A DNA stretch of 32,000 nt from Pseudodesulfovibrio piezophilus C1TLV30 (GCF_000341895.1 NC_020409.1:960001-992000), one strand, 5' to 3'. Numbered from the stretch's first letter, positions 14,879 to 25,972 are shown. The notes: generated by a model from the letters alone, not told the origin. Made by a program: numbers and translations.

Positions 14879-16015
14879 ATGAAGGAAAAAGTTTTACTTG
14901 TTGACGATGAAGAGGGAATCCGCACTGTCTTAAGCGTTGCCATTGCCGACGCTGGCTATACTGTGGTGACCGCCGAAAATGGCACCGAAGCACTCTCGAT
15001 TCTCTCGCGAGAACCTATTCAGCTCATTGTGACTGATATCAAAATGCCCGGCATGGATGGACTTGAATTGCTTCAAAAGATCAAGAAGCTCAACCATGAA
15101 GCGGAAGTCATCATGATAACCGGTCATGGAGACATGCACTCGGCTATTGAATCACTTCGGCTTGGAGCCGGAGATTTCATCACCAAGCCGCTTCATGAGG
15201 CCGCGCTCGAAATATCACTTGAACGCGCCTTGGAAAAAATTCAGATTCGGGAACAACTCAGAGAGTATACGGAAAACCTGGAGCACCTTGTCCTGGAAAA
15301 GAGCAAGGAACTGGTAGAAGCCGAAAGAATGGCTGCCGTGGGACAGACCGTGGCTTCCATGTCCCATGCCATCAAAAATGTCGCAGGGGGACTGGAAGGC
15401 GGCATGTTCGTCCTGGAAAAAGGGCTGGAACTGGAGAATCAGGAATATCTCCGACAAGGCTGGGAAATGGTAAGACGCGATGTCGAACGCATCAAGAATC
15501 TGGCCATGGACCTCCTGGACTACGCCAAGCCGGTCACAATCACCCCCAAGGAATGTGACCCCAACTCACCGGCTAAGCAAGTCCGGGATCTCTTGCTCTC
15601 AAAGGCGCAAAACAACAATGTCGAACTTGTTCTCGATATGGCTCACACCCTCCCGACCATGCGTCTTGACCCCAAGGCTATCCATGAATGTCTGACGAAT
15701 CTGGTATCAAATGCCATCGACGCCTGCCAGGACCTTCTGGAGGGTGATAAACGTGTCACGATTCGAACAATGGATGGCGGAGGACTGTCAGTCAAATATA
15801 TTGTTTCCGACACAGGGCATGGCATCGCCCCTGAAATACTGACAAAGGTCTTCAATTCTTTTTTCACGACCAAAGGAAGCAGAGGAACGGGGATCGGACT
15901 CATGGCCACAAAAAAACTGGTCAAGGAAATGAACGGCTCAATTATGGCGAATTCAGGTCTGGGTCGGGGAGCAACATTTACCATTACCATCCCCACTGCC
16001 CACGTGGTCACCTAA
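14879..16015 (+). CDS. Receiver-first hybrid histidine kinase (REC, HisKA-like, HATPase)
   Basis: The REC domain reads VLLVDDEEGIR...VTDIKMPGMDG...ITKP. The H-box is SMSHAIKNVAGGLEGG, and the ATPase boxes read LTNLVSNAIDA, DTGHGI and GTGIGL. The gene starts 2 nt after the upstream kinase stop. Confidence 0.9.
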   Translation: MKEKVLLVDDEEGIRTVLSVAIADAGYTVVTAENGTEALSILSREPIQLIVTDIKMPGMDGLELLQKIKKLNHEAEVIMITGHGDMHSAIESLRLGAGDFITKPLHEAALEISLERALEKIQIREQLREYTENLEHLVLEKSKELVEAERMAAVGQTVASMSHAIKNVAGGLEGGMFVLEKGLELENQEYLRQGWEMVRRDVERIKNLAMDLLDYAKPVTITPKECDPNSPAKQVRDLLLSKAQNNNVELVLDMAHTLPTMRLDPKAIHECLTNLVSNAIDACQDLLEGDKRVTIRTMDGGGLSVKYIVSDTGHGIAPEILTKVFNSFFTTKGSRGTGIGLMATKKLVKEMNGSIMANSGLGRGATFTITIPTAHVVT

Positions 16016-16034
16016 CCCATAATTCATAAAAAGA

Positions 16035-17954
16035 TTAGCCTCCGACGCTGAGTTCCCTCGGGACACACACGGTAAAAACCGCTCCCTTCCCAGGTTCACT
16101 ATCCACTGTGATGGAACCACCATGCTGAGTCACTATTTCATGAGCGATGAACAACCCGATCCCAGTGCCGGAACTCCCTTTGGATGAGAAAAACAATGTA
16201 AAGAGCTTTTCCCGAACTTCCCTCTCCATGCCAATGCCATTATCTGTCACCCGAAAGGCGATCTGTCCCAAGTCGGCATAGACTTTCAGTGTCACGCGCC
16301 CTTTCCCTTCAGGGTGAGCCGCGCAGGCATCGATTCCATTCTCTATAATGTTACCCAAAGCGGACGCCAAAATGGATTTATCCACCTTGAAAGAACCAAG
16401 AACAGCTCCCATATCAAGATCAAGTATCACGCCCATTTTCTTGGCTTTGGCCGCAAAGGATGCATAGAGATCCATGGTAAAGCGAGCGGCATCCATTTCC
16501 TTCCAATTCAATTCACGTTTCTTGGCATAATAGAGAATATCCAGAACCGTCTGCTTCATGCGATCGGTCAAGGTTTGCAAATCGTTGAACCCATCTCCCA
16601 TCCGATCAAAGTTTCGCTTTTCAAGCCCTGACCCAAGACGATAAATGGCTCCGTCTATTCCCGTTAACAGTCCCTTGATACCATGGGCCGTGGAGCCGAG
16701 CAGCAGCCCAAGGCTTGTGAGCCGATCCTGCAATTTTCTGATTTGAGTAATATCCGTGATCATCTCTACGGCTTCAATCATCTCTCCCGATGCATCGCGG
16801 ATAGGAGAACTCCATATGAGAATATTGACCTTTTCCCCTTTGCGGTTCGTAACCACCGTTTCCAATTGGTGTGTCTGACCATCGACAAAAGTCTGTTGAA
16901 GAGGACACTCAATGCACGGTCGCTGACGATGCATGAGGCTTTCATAACAAGGCCTCCCTGTAAAATCACCAAAGTTTTCAATATAACGAGCATTGGCCGA
17001 ATTGATATGAAAATCCCTGTCCTGAACCGAAATAAAACAAGGCGACTGGTTGAAAAGCTGTTCATATTTATGCCGAGTAGTCCGCAACTCTTCACGGAGC
17101 GTTTCCGCCTCGAGGAGATCCACCATGAATTCGAGAACCAGCTCTACACCGTCATCAGTCGACATGATTGGTACTGTATCGACAATGACGGCATGATCAT
17201 TGCCGTTGACGCACCGGACAACGCGACTTTCCCGCTGTGCCTGCCCGGTCTCAATGGTCTTTGCCACTGGACATTGCTTTTCTCCATCCTCAAGCCCAAC
17301 GTACATGGACCAGCTTTTCTTGCCAGCAAGATCGCCCAGCCTTTTACGGTAGTGTTGATTGACGGTCACCACCCCTTTATCCCTGTTATGAATGGAGACA
17401 AACATCGGCATCTGATTAAAAACACTGAGATTATCCAGGTTAGATGCAAATGCGCTCAGACTGGATGTCAAGCCCTCGAAAAGTTGGCAGGCCGCAGCAC
17501 GCCTTTCCGCCTCTATAAGCTGAGTCGACTTTCTTTCGATCAATTCTTCCAGATTGCAGGTATATTCCTGAAGAGACCGGCGCATGAGAATCCGTTCTTG
17601 CGCCCGTTGCAAAGCAAAGGTCAGCACTTCATCGTTGATTGGCTTCATGATGAAATCAAAAGCATCATTCTTGAGACTCTGAACGGCCAATTCAACATCA
17701 CCATGGCCAGTTATCATGATAACTTCAGTTTCCGGCGCAATTTGCTTGAGAGCGCGCAAGAGATCAATCCCACTTCGGCCGGGCATCTTGATATCGGTTA
17801 TAACGAGGGGGTGGTGTTTGGCATGAAACAGAGACAGAGCCGATTCCACGTCGGATGCGGTATCAACTGTGTACCCTGAGTCTTCCAGGCTGATGGAGAG
17901 AACTTTTCGGATGCCATCTTCGTCGTCCACGAGAAGAATGGGGAGCTGGGTCAT
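16035..17954 (-). CDS. Receiver-first hybrid histidine kinase (REC, two PAS-like domains including a Cys-rich one, HisKA-like, HATPase)
   Basis: The start MTQLPILLVDDEDGIRKVL at 17954 has AGGAGG upstream, and the track start at 18047 is probably spurious. The REC aspartate lies in ITDIKMPGRSG. The H-box is STAHGIKGLLTGIDG, and the ATPase boxes read LGNIIENGIDAC, DNGIGM and GTGIGL. Confidence 0.9.
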   Translation of the reverse strand: MTQLPILLVDDEDGIRKVLSISLEDSGYTVDTASDVESALSLFHAKHHPLVITDIKMPGRSGIDLLRALKQIAPETEVIMITGHGDVELAVQSLKNDAFDFIMKPINDEVLTFALQRAQERILMRRSLQEYTCNLEELIERKSTQLIEAERRAAACQLFEGLTSSLSAFASNLDNLSVFNQMPMFVSIHNRDKGVVTVNQHYRKRLGDLAGKKSWSMYVGLEDGEKQCPVAKTIETGQAQRESRVVRCVNGNDHAVIVDTVPIMSTDDGVELVLEFMVDLLEAETLREELRTTRHKYEQLFNQSPCFISVQDRDFHINSANARYIENFGDFTGRPCYESLMHRQRPCIECPLQQTFVDGQTHQLETVVTNRKGEKVNILIWSSPIRDASGEMIEAVEMITDITQIRKLQDRLTSLGLLLGSTAHGIKGLLTGIDGAIYRLGSGLEKRNFDRMGDGFNDLQTLTDRMKQTVLDILYYAKKRELNWKEMDAARFTMDLYASFAAKAKKMGVILDLDMGAVLGSFKVDKSILASALGNIIENGIDACAAHPEGKGRVTLKVYADLGQIAFRVTDNGIGMEREVREKLFTLFFSSKGSSGTGIGLFIAHEIVTQHGGSITVDSEPGKGAVFTVCVPRELSVGG

Positions 17955-18076
17955 GAGGGACGGCCTCCTGCAATGTATCGCTTGAATTGTAATAATAATT
18001 CTACACGATATATACTTTTTGCACAACCAACCGAACCGCAAACCCACAGCGAAAACAGCGTTTATTCCAAAATATC

Positions 18077-20488
18077 TCAGGCCTGCATCTTGTTAATGGC
18101 TACACGGAGGTCCCCGGCAAGGGTATTGAGGTCATCAATGGCCGCAGCAGAATCCTGCATGGATTGTGCAGTTTCCCCGGCAATACGATTAACGATATCT
18201 GTCGATTTATTGATTTCCTCACTCGTCGCCGATTGCTGCTCGGCAGCAGCGGCGATGGACTGAACCTGAGCAGCGGCCTCATCAGCCTTGGAAACAATGG
18301 CTTGCAGCGACTCACCAGACTGTTCAATCATGGCCCGACATTCTTCCAATGACTTGTTCGCCTTTTCGTTACTTTCGATATTGTTGTTGGCACTCTGCTG
18401 AATAGACCGGATATAGTCCCCCACTTCATGGGTGGCATCCATGGTCTTCTCCGCCAGTTTGCGCACCTCATCGGCAACAACTGCGAAACCTCGCCCGGCT
18501 TCACCGGCCCGTGCAGCTTCAATAGCCGCATTGAGCGCCAGGAGGTTGGTTTGATCGGCAATGTCGGTAATGACTCCCATGATCGCACCAATTCCCTTTG
18601 CATGCTCGCCGAGTTCATTCATCTGCGCCCGAAGTCCTTCGGATTGCCGGAAAACCTCACGCATCATCTCGACAGATCGGTTGACAACATCAGCACCGGA
18701 ACGCGCCAAGCCACTGGTCTCTTCCGACATCAATGCTGTAGAGGTGGCGTTTCGCGCCACTTCCAAAACTGATGCATTCATCTCATCCATTCCTGAAGAG
18801 GCTTCCAGAGCCCTGTCGCGCTGTTCCAAGGCTCCGTTGCTGGCAGTATTTATCTTGTCAGCAAGACTTCTGGCCGAAGCCGAAACCGATTGAGCAATGG
18901 CATTCGCATCTCGGGCAGCCTCTTCAATAATCGCGTTTTTGGCCTCGACAACTTTCTTTTGCTTACGTTCTTCCGTGAGATCGACCCAAATGGTGATAGC
19001 TCCAATACGCTCCCCATCCAAATCATAAATAGGTGTTGCCACGACATGGAGCGTCACCGTACTCTTGTCAACATCACGGACCAGGCTGATTTCCCACTCC
19101 ACCTGCTCCCGTTTTTTCATGGCGACTTCTGTCAGGGTCTTACGTTTTGGGTCATGATAAATGACCTCATTCAGTGGGAGGCCGAAATATTCTTTCGGTG
19201 TTTTACGTTTGCCCAGAACCTCCACTGCGGCCTGATTGATATGGGTAATCTTGTTATCCAAATTGACGACAGCGCAGGGGATGGTCACGCCACCCAGAAC
19301 CCCTCGGCTGAACCCAAGCTGGTTCTTCATTTCCCTGACCATGTGATTGACGGACTCCATTGTACGCCCTATGGCGTCATCGGCGTTGTAATCGAAATTG
19401 CATTCAAAATTCCCCTTGCAGACATCATCGGCTGTGGCAGCAAGTTTATTCATGGGAGCGACCAGTTGCCGACTGACAAACCAGATGATGACTATGGAGA
19501 GAACCAAAGGCAAAGCTCCACTGACCAATGCATTTTTGACAATCCTCGCATTGACGCCATCCAAAAGATCAGAAGTGTTGATACTGGTAACCAGATAGGC
19601 ATCCCAAGGGTCGAAACGCACCACACTGGATTGCACGAGGTCCCTCTCTATCGGCGTCACAATGGTTCCGCCTTTACTGGAGAGCAATCGGTCATGAAGA
19701 ACCTGTGCTGATATGGCCGCTTCCGCTTCACTGTCTTTGGCTTTCACCGCCTGGGAGCCATCTTGACGAAAAACATACGAGTACCCCTTCCCTCCCACGT
19801 TTACATTCTGAATGAACTTGGCAAAATCAGGAGAAATGAGGGGCCGGGCAACCTCCAATGCCCCCATGACATTGTCATCAAAATCCCGGATAGCTTCGTA
19901 GGCAACAACAAGGAAAGTCCCGTCAATAGCCAGCACGCCTTCATAGCGCTGACCTGCCATGATGGTCCTGTATGCATCACTGTCAGATGGGATATAAAGC
20001 CCCTGAACGGATTTGCCATCCTTGTCCTGAATGGTTGATGTCACACGAATGAGTTTATCACTATCAAGCTGGAGAACCGAAGACAGCACCCCTGCTGTTT
20101 TAGCCATGGTATCGACAAGCTCTGTTGTTTCATGCAGATATTTGGACCCCAATTTGAAGGCCGGAATAACGGCATCAGCCACTTCGCCGGTCTGCTGGTT
20201 CCTGATTTTCATATCCACATCGTAGAGGACTTCGAACATGGGCAATCCACTGATCCCCATGATGGATTTGAATATATTGAGATCGGAAACAATCTTTTTC
20301 CTTGCCAGCCGATCCTGCATGGACACCATTTCTTCCAAGGTGCCGGAGACATCCTCCAAAGCCGCGATACCATTTTCAAGATATTCACTCCTGGAATTCA
20401 CGAAATTCACACCCGCCATTGAAGTGATGGTGAGAACGACGATGAACAAAGATGCGAGGGTCAACTTGCTCTGGAATCCAAGGGTCAT
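18077..20488 (-). CDS. Methyl-accepting chemotaxis protein (double-Cache periplasmic domain, HAMP, PAS, MCP signalling domain)
   Basis: An N-terminal TM segment is followed by a Cache-like domain of about 290 aa, a second TM, HAMP and a PAS-like segment. The highly conserved hairpin region reads ...[40 protein letters not shown]... Confidence 0.92.
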   Translation of the reverse strand: MTLGFQSKLTLASLFIVVLTITSMAGVNFVNSRSEYLENGIAALEDVSGTLEEMVSMQDRLARKKIVSDLNIFKSIMGISGLPMFEVLYDVDMKIRNQQTGEVADAVIPAFKLGSKYLHETTELVDTMAKTAGVLSSVLQLDSDKLIRVTSTIQDKDGKSVQGLYIPSDSDAYRTIMAGQRYEGVLAIDGTFLVVAYEAIRDFDDNVMGALEVARPLISPDFAKFIQNVNVGGKGYSYVFRQDGSQAVKAKDSEAEAAISAQVLHDRLLSSKGGTIVTPIERDLVQSSVVRFDPWDAYLVTSINTSDLLDGVNARIVKNALVSGALPLVLSIVIIWFVSRQLVAPMNKLAATADDVCKGNFECNFDYNADDAIGRTMESVNHMVREMKNQLGFSRGVLGGVTIPCAVVNLDNKITHINQAAVEVLGKRKTPKEYFGLPLNEVIYHDPKRKTLTEVAMKKREQVEWEISLVRDVDKSTVTLHVVATPIYDLDGERIGAITIWVDLTEERKQKKVVEAKNAIIEEAARDANAIAQSVSASARSLADKINTASNGALEQRDRALEASSGMDEMNASVLEVARNATSTALMSEETSGLARSGADVVNRSVEMMREVFRQSEGLRAQMNELGEHAKGIGAIMGVITDIADQTNLLALNAAIEAARAGEAGRGFAVVADEVRKLAEKTMDATHEVGDYIRSIQQSANNNIESNEKANKSLEECRAMIEQSGESLQAIVSKADEAAAQVQSIAAAAEQQSATSEEINKSTDIVNRIAGETAQSMQDSAAAIDDLNTLAGDLRVAINKMQA

Positions 20489-20703
20489 GATTTAACCGCC
20501 TGATATAGTAAATTTATGTGTCAAAACGAATCTGTCACTTAAGCATGATTTCATGACCATTGTAACAATCTGCTGTGACATTTCAGTGACAATGTTCAGT
20601 TCTCCAGAATCCGGTGTTGTTGAGCGTAAAAACCCTCTATATTCATCCTGACAAGAACTCTCTGTGATGCCCTTTTACTGTTGACCTGTGAGGCCTTTTT
20701 TCC

Positions 20704-21519
20704 ATGCCCAAAATACTCTATACTCTGCTAGTAATCATGACTTTAACGGTTGGAGCCTCTTCGGTCCCGGCTGCTGAACATATCCATCTCAACGGCTCGA
20801 CAACCATGGCACCTGTCATGAAAAAAATTGTGCAGGCGTATAGGGAAAAGCACCCGGAACAGACTTTCGGTATCACAGCGTCGGGTTCCGGGGCCGGAGT
20901 ACACGGTTTTCTCCACGGAACAACGGATATCGCCATGTTGTCACGACCGATGACAATGGCTGAATTACGCCAGTGCCAACAGATGCGATTAACCCCAAGT
21001 CGGTTCATTATCGCCTTGGACGGATTGATCCCAATTATTCATCAGAACAACACCATATCCAACCTGACGACGGAACAAGCGAGAGATATTTATAGAGGAC
21101 GGATTCGGAACTGGGCGGAACTAGGCGGGAGGGATTCGGCAATAATCATCTATACGAGGGCAAAACCATCGGCTTCGTATGATCTTTGGTATGAGAAAGT
21201 CCTGGAACGGACAGAACCAATACCAACAAGCATTCGCATCGCGTCAAACATCGACATGGTTGACGCGATCGCGCGGGACACAAATGGGATTGGCTACATC
21301 GGTCTCGGATTTATTTCCCCCTTGATCAAGGCTCTTCAATTCGATGGAGTGGAGGGGACAGAGCACACTGTCCGAGAAAGACGATATCCTCTCGTGAGAA
21401 CATTGAATCTTTATACCAAAGGTGCTCCAACACGCGCAGAAACAGAATTTCTCGAATTCATCCAAAGTGATAAGGGACAGACAATTATCCAAAAAGAAGG
21501 TTTTGTTTCTATACAATAA
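20704..21519 (+). CDS. PstS-family (PBP_like_2) phosphate-type periplasmic binding protein, orphan
   Basis: The signal peptide is followed by HLNGSTTMAPVMKKIVQAY..., FGITASGSGAGVHGFLHGTTDIAMLSRPM... and GIGYIGLGF. No pstCAB genes lie in the window. Confidence 0.82.
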   Translation: MPKILYTLLVIMTLTVGASSVPAAEHIHLNGSTTMAPVMKKIVQAYREKHPEQTFGITASGSGAGVHGFLHGTTDIAMLSRPMTMAELRQCQQMRLTPSRFIIALDGLIPIIHQNNTISNLTTEQARDIYRGRIRNWAELGGRDSAIIIYTRAKPSASYDLWYEKVLERTEPIPTSIRIASNIDMVDAIARDTNGIGYIGLGFISPLIKALQFDGVEGTEHTVRERRYPLVRTLNLYTKGAPTRAETEFLEFIQSDKGQTIIQKEGFVSIQ

Positions 21520-21525
21520 CCAATC

Positions 21526-23379
21526 TTATCGACGTTTCTTGCCATCACCTTTGGATTTGAAAGACGTTGGACCCAAAGAGCGGTTTTTCCCTCTTGATTT
21601 GCCGGAAGCAGGCCCTTTCCCTCGACGGGCAGCCTTTCCGCCCTTGGGGGAACTGCGATGCATAGGCATCAATATGGCATGCTGCCGAAGCCTGTCGGCA
21701 TCAGATTTCGCCACGTATAGAGGAGTGCCATTAAGATCGGTTTCAGCATGGAACATGGCGGCTGCGGCAGTCCCGGGCAGAGGAATAAAACATTGTACCT
21801 GCTCCGGCTTCCACCCCTGCGAATGAAGCCAATCACCAAGGGCATGCATGTCGTCATCGGTACAACCGGGAAAAGCACTCATGAGATATGGAATGACATA
21901 CTGTTTCTTGCCAGCCTTCTTCGATTCCTTGTCAAAAAGATCCAAGAATTGACGAAATGCAGAAAAAGTCGGCTTACGCATCAACTTAAGAACATGGTCG
22001 ACCTGATGCTCCGGCGCTACTTTGGCCTGCCCACCGACAAATTCACGAATCAGACATGCAAGAGACTTCATATCCGTCAAAGCGAGATCAATCCGCCATC
22101 CTGAAGCAACACGCACATGCTTCACCGATTGAACATCGGAGACGCTTCGCAACAGATTGACGAAATCCTTTTGAGTCACAGTGTAGTGTTTACATATCGA
22201 AGGAGTCAAACAACTGGAACGTTGACACTTTGATTGATCTGAAGCGCAATGGGCACCCCACATATTCGCACTGGGTCCCCCAACGTCACTAATGGAGCCG
22301 TTCCATCCTTTGACTTCTGTAATGCGCTCGACTTCATCCAGGATAGACCCTTTGCTACGTGAACGAATCTGACGCCCCTGATGCAGAGCCAGGGTACAGA
22401 ATGAACAGCCCCCCGCACACCCTCTATGTGTTGTCACGGAAGTCTGAATCATATCCGCAGCAGGAATACGTTCTGTATAGGAAGGATGTGGTAACCGGGA
22501 AAAGGGAAGTCCGGCCAATTCATCCAACCCCGAGGAGTCAAGAGGTTCCCCCGGAGGAGTGAGGATGACCACCCTGCCCCCAGCCTCCTGAAGAGCTATC
22601 TCCCGATTTTGATGAACCTGTCGCTCAAGAAGCAATGTCGCCCTGATAAGAGCCTGCGGATCATCCAGTATTGCCTCATGTGAAGGGAGTTCAACGACAG
22701 GCTTATCCTCCGGGACATCCTTTCTTGCTCCTGCAACAACCAACCCCGGAATGGAGACCATCAACGGTCGCAACGCCCTGATGGATCGATCTTCAGAATC
22801 TCGAATGACCTTTGCTAAAGCCACTATGGAATTTTCCGCCATACCATAGGTAATGGCTGTGGCCTTGCTATCCAATAAAACCGACCGACGCACAGAATCA
22901 GACCAAAAATCATAATGAGAGATACGACGCAGAGAAGCTTCAATGCCCCCCAGTATGACGGGCAAACCGGGAAAGGCTCGCTGAACGATATTGGTATAGG
23001 CAATACTGGCCCGATTGGGACGATTGCCAGCCACCCCTCCCGGAGTATATGCGTCATCACTGCGTTTCTTGCGAAATGCGGTGTAGTGAGACAGCATGGA
23101 ATCAAGCGATCCCGCCGTAACTCCGGCGAACAGGGTTGGCCGCCCCATGAGACACACATCGTCTGGACGATCCCAACGAGGCTGCGCAGCCATGCCGACA
23201 CGAAACCCATGATGGACAAGCCATCGTCCAAGGAGTGCCGCACCAAAGGAAGGATGATCAACATAGCCATCCCCTGTGACAAGAAGAATATCAAGCTCTT
23301 CCCATCCCAAAGCATCCATCTCCCTGCGAGACATAGGAAGAACGGAAGGTTGCTCTTCAAGTGATCGTTTCATAGTCAT
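21526..23379 (-). CDS. ygiQ: YgiQ-family radical SAM protein (UPF0313)
   Basis: The N-terminus reads LPMSRREMDALGWEELDILLVTGDGYVDHPSFGAALLGRWL. The radical-SAM cluster region is HRGCAGGCSFCTLALHQGR. A Lys/Arg/Gly-rich C-terminal tail is present. Confidence 0.88.
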   Translation of the reverse strand: MTMKRSLEEQPSVLPMSRREMDALGWEELDILLVTGDGYVDHPSFGAALLGRWLVHHGFRVGMAAQPRWDRPDDVCLMGRPTLFAGVTAGSLDSMLSHYTAFRKKRSDDAYTPGGVAGNRPNRASIAYTNIVQRAFPGLPVILGGIEASLRRISHYDFWSDSVRRSVLLDSKATAITYGMAENSIVALAKVIRDSEDRSIRALRPLMVSIPGLVVAGARKDVPEDKPVVELPSHEAILDDPQALIRATLLLERQVHQNREIALQEAGGRVVILTPPGEPLDSSGLDELAGLPFSRLPHPSYTERIPAADMIQTSVTTHRGCAGGCSFCTLALHQGRQIRSRSKGSILDEVERITEVKGWNGSISDVGGPSANMWGAHCASDQSKCQRSSCLTPSICKHYTVTQKDFVNLLRSVSDVQSVKHVRVASGWRIDLALTDMKSLACLIREFVGGQAKVAPEHQVDHVLKLMRKPTFSAFRQFLDLFDKESKKAGKKQYVIPYLMSAFPGCTDDDMHALGDWLHSQGWKPEQVQCFIPLPGTAAAAMFHAETDLNGTPLYVAKSDADRLRQHAILMPMHRSSPKGGKAARRGKGPASGKSRGKNRSLGPTSFKSKGDGKKRR

Positions 23380-23411
23380 GGCTGAACTCTGTCCTTATTC
23401 AAACGATTGCT

Positions 23412-24209
23412 TTAAGCAAACCGTTTTCTGATCAAAGTAAAAAATTGTGGTTTGCGATCATACTGATGAACAATCACGGCGGGTTTTCCTTTTTCATTCA
23501 GCACTCTGCCGCATCGATCCAATTCCGGCTCACCCAGAGTATACCCCAGTGTCATTATAGGGCCGGAATTGTCATGAAGGGTCACGTTCGACAAACTGCC
23601 ATCGTGTAATAAAACATTATGCACTCCCTGATCGTATCCAGCCATTCGAACGCCCCCAGCAAAAGGAAGCAGCCGATTGATCATGGCATCCAGATATCCT
23701 ATCATGGCTTGAGGACTGCCGACACTTGTGCCGGAACAGGAGATAGGGCCATCGGCAACCAATGCCAAGGCTTTTTCACCCAGATGTTCCCGCACCCAAT
23801 GACTATTATGCGGACAAGCTCCAAGAGAAATCCTTCTCTCTTCCAGCGTACAATTTATCCCTTGAGGCCAGGGATACCCAAATGGGTCTTGCTGAAAAAG
23901 TACATCCCGAACATCAGTAATCAGGACTCGCGCATAATCGATTTCCGAACTTGCCAAAAAAGTCCTGTAGAGAAAATACCGTAAAGCATTATACGGGATA
24001 TCATCAGTACCCTGCGGTCGCACAAGCGGAATGACTGTGACTCCATGAGCTTGCATTCGTTCAATGTCACGAGTTGTTTCGGAAACAAACAAAACGCACT
24101 CGCCCTCTGTCCCGCTCCGCTCCAGAGAAGACAGGAATGGCCGCACATCACCATAGTGGTATCCTGCGGCCAGCCCAAGTATCAGATTTGCTTGATGAAC
24201 AGATGACAC
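23412..24209 (-). CDS. Hypothetical protein (265 aa)
   Basis: A long ORF co-directional with its neighbours. Its GTG start lies 5 nt after the helicase stop. I recognised no family with confidence. Confidence 0.55.
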   Translation of the reverse strand: MSSVHQANLILGLAAGYHYGDVRPFLSSLERSGTEGECVLFVSETTRDIERMQAHGVTVIPLVRPQGTDDIPYNALRYFLYRTFLASSEIDYARVLITDVRDVLFQQDPFGYPWPQGINCTLEERRISLGACPHNSHWVREHLGEKALALVADGPISCSGTSVGSPQAMIGYLDAMINRLLPFAGGVRMAGYDQGVHNVLLHDGSLSNVTLHDNSGPIMTLGYTLGEPELDRCGRVLNEKGKPAVIVHQYDRKPQFFTLIRKRFA

Positions 24210-24214
24210 GGAGT

Positions 24215-25972
24215 CTAGGACCGACGCCTCCTGCGACGGGGACGACGGCGACGTTTGGCAGCTCCCCCTTCGTCCTCGGTCTGTTGGGGAGAACTTTCAG
24301 CCTGTCTCACAGGCTGTTCTTTAGGCTGATCTTTGGCAACTCGTTTGGGCCGATTCTCACGCACTGGTCGTTCAGGACGATCTGCGGCGGTTCGTTCTTT
24401 GGACTCCGAACGGGCGTCCTGACGTTTCCTCCCCCGATTTTCCTGCCCTCCATTACCATGACTCTTCTCGCCGCGCATTTCCCGTTGCTGGCGCCCCCTG
24501 CCTCCTGAAGGCTTGTTCCCGCTGTTTTTTGCTCTTCTGCCGCCCTCTTGCGAGCCATTTTTCGCATCTTGTGAAACGTGCTGTTTCAATTCCGGCTCGG
24601 CAGGCTTTCCGTGCAGTGTATTCTGATAAATTTCGTCCAGGAGCATTGCAATCAGCCCCATGGTGTCTTCAGCCTCACCATATTTCTTTGCCAGAGGCAG
24701 AAAACGAGCAGCCCGCTCTCTCTGCAAATGGGTCAGCTTACGGAATTTCTTTTCCAACAAGGCAGTCAATCGCTCTTCGATGATGGCTGCAACATCCTCT
24801 TCTGTGGGATCTTTGACCTCATCAAATTTAATTTTGAAACGACTGGCAATGCGTTCCAGTTCCATTTTCTGAATGACGTCAACCAGTGTAATTGCTGTCC
24901 CGGATGCACCTGCTCGCCCAGTACGTCCGGCCCTGTGAACATAACTTTCCGGGTCTTCAGGCGGTTCCATCATAAAAACGTGTGACAATTCGGGGATATC
25001 AATACCTCGCGCCGCCACATCTGTTGCAACCAAAAAGCGCAGCTTGCCTTCCTTGATACGGGCCATGAGCTTTTCGCGCTTGTTTTGCGTCAGGTCCGAA
25101 GTCAATCCCTCGGCATCAAAACCGAACTGCGAAAGCAGTTCCGCCGTGAATTCAACATTGCGCTTTGTATTGGCAAAAATAATTGCCGAGGCCGGATTCT
25201 CCAACTCAATGAGCTTGATGAGTTTCCGCTCTTTCCCCATGGCAGAAACTTCCACAAACTGATGGGTAATCGCCGAAACATTGGCTTCATCACTGGAAAG
25301 ACTCAAAAAATCGGGCGTGGACATAAATTCTTCGGCCAACCGCAACACAGATTGCGGAAAGGTGGCCGAGAACATGAAACTCCCGTCAATATTGCGCGGC
25401 AGGTAGCGTTTCACTTCAACCATGTCAGGGTAAAAACCAACAGACAACATGCGGTCCGCTTCATCAAAAATCAGGACCTTGAGAGAATCGAGAAGCAAGC
25501 TGCGGCGAACAAGGTGATCGAGAATTCGACCGGGTGTTCCCACAACAAGCTGGGCACCTTCGCGAAAAGCATCGAGCTGCTGCTGATAGCCGACACCGCC
25601 ATAGACAGCCACGACATTGATACCGCTCTCTCCGGCCAACAGACGCGCTTCCTGAGCAACCTGCTGGGCGAGTTCACGAGTCGGAACCATGACAAGCGCC
25701 TGACATTGCGGAATATTCGGATCAAGCTTCTCCATCAATGGAAGGACAAAAGCGCCGGTTTTGCCTGACCCTGTTCGCGCCTGCACCATGACATCAGTAT
25801 TATTCAATAGATATGGTAGCGCCTTTTCCTGCACAGGCATCAACTTATCCCAACCAGCCTGGGCACAGGCATCAGCGAGAGAGGATGGTAAATCCTCGAA
25901 TTTCATGTCTGGAAATTTCGAATCAGTGACAGCGTCATCGTTGACGGTGTCGGGTGTGTTTTCGTTGTTCAT
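24215..25972 (-). CDS. DEAD-box ATP-dependent RNA helicase with extended Arg/Lys/Glu-rich C-terminal tail
   Basis: The Q-motif region is present, along with ARTGSGKTGAF (motif I), DEAD (motif II), SAT (motif III) and HRAGRTGRAG (motif VI). The tail ends ...AKRRRRPRRRRRRS. Confidence 0.93.
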   Translation of the reverse strand: MNNENTPDTVNDDAVTDSKFPDMKFEDLPSSLADACAQAGWDKLMPVQEKALPYLLNNTDVMVQARTGSGKTGAFVLPLMEKLDPNIPQCQALVMVPTRELAQQVAQEARLLAGESGINVVAVYGGVGYQQQLDAFREGAQLVVGTPGRILDHLVRRSLLLDSLKVLIFDEADRMLSVGFYPDMVEVKRYLPRNIDGSFMFSATFPQSVLRLAEEFMSTPDFLSLSSDEANVSAITHQFVEVSAMGKERKLIKLIELENPASAIIFANTKRNVEFTAELLSQFGFDAEGLTSDLTQNKREKLMARIKEGKLRFLVATDVAARGIDIPELSHVFMMEPPEDPESYVHRAGRTGRAGASGTAITLVDVIQKMELERIASRFKIKFDEVKDPTEEDVAAIIEERLTALLEKKFRKLTHLQRERAARFLPLAKKYGEAEDTMGLIAMLLDEIYQNTLHGKPAEPELKQHVSQDAKNGSQEGGRRAKNSGNKPSGGRGRQQREMRGEKSHGNGGQENRGRKRQDARSESKERTAADRPERPVRENRPKRVAKDQPKEQPVRQAESSPQQTEDEGGAAKRRRRPRRRRRRS

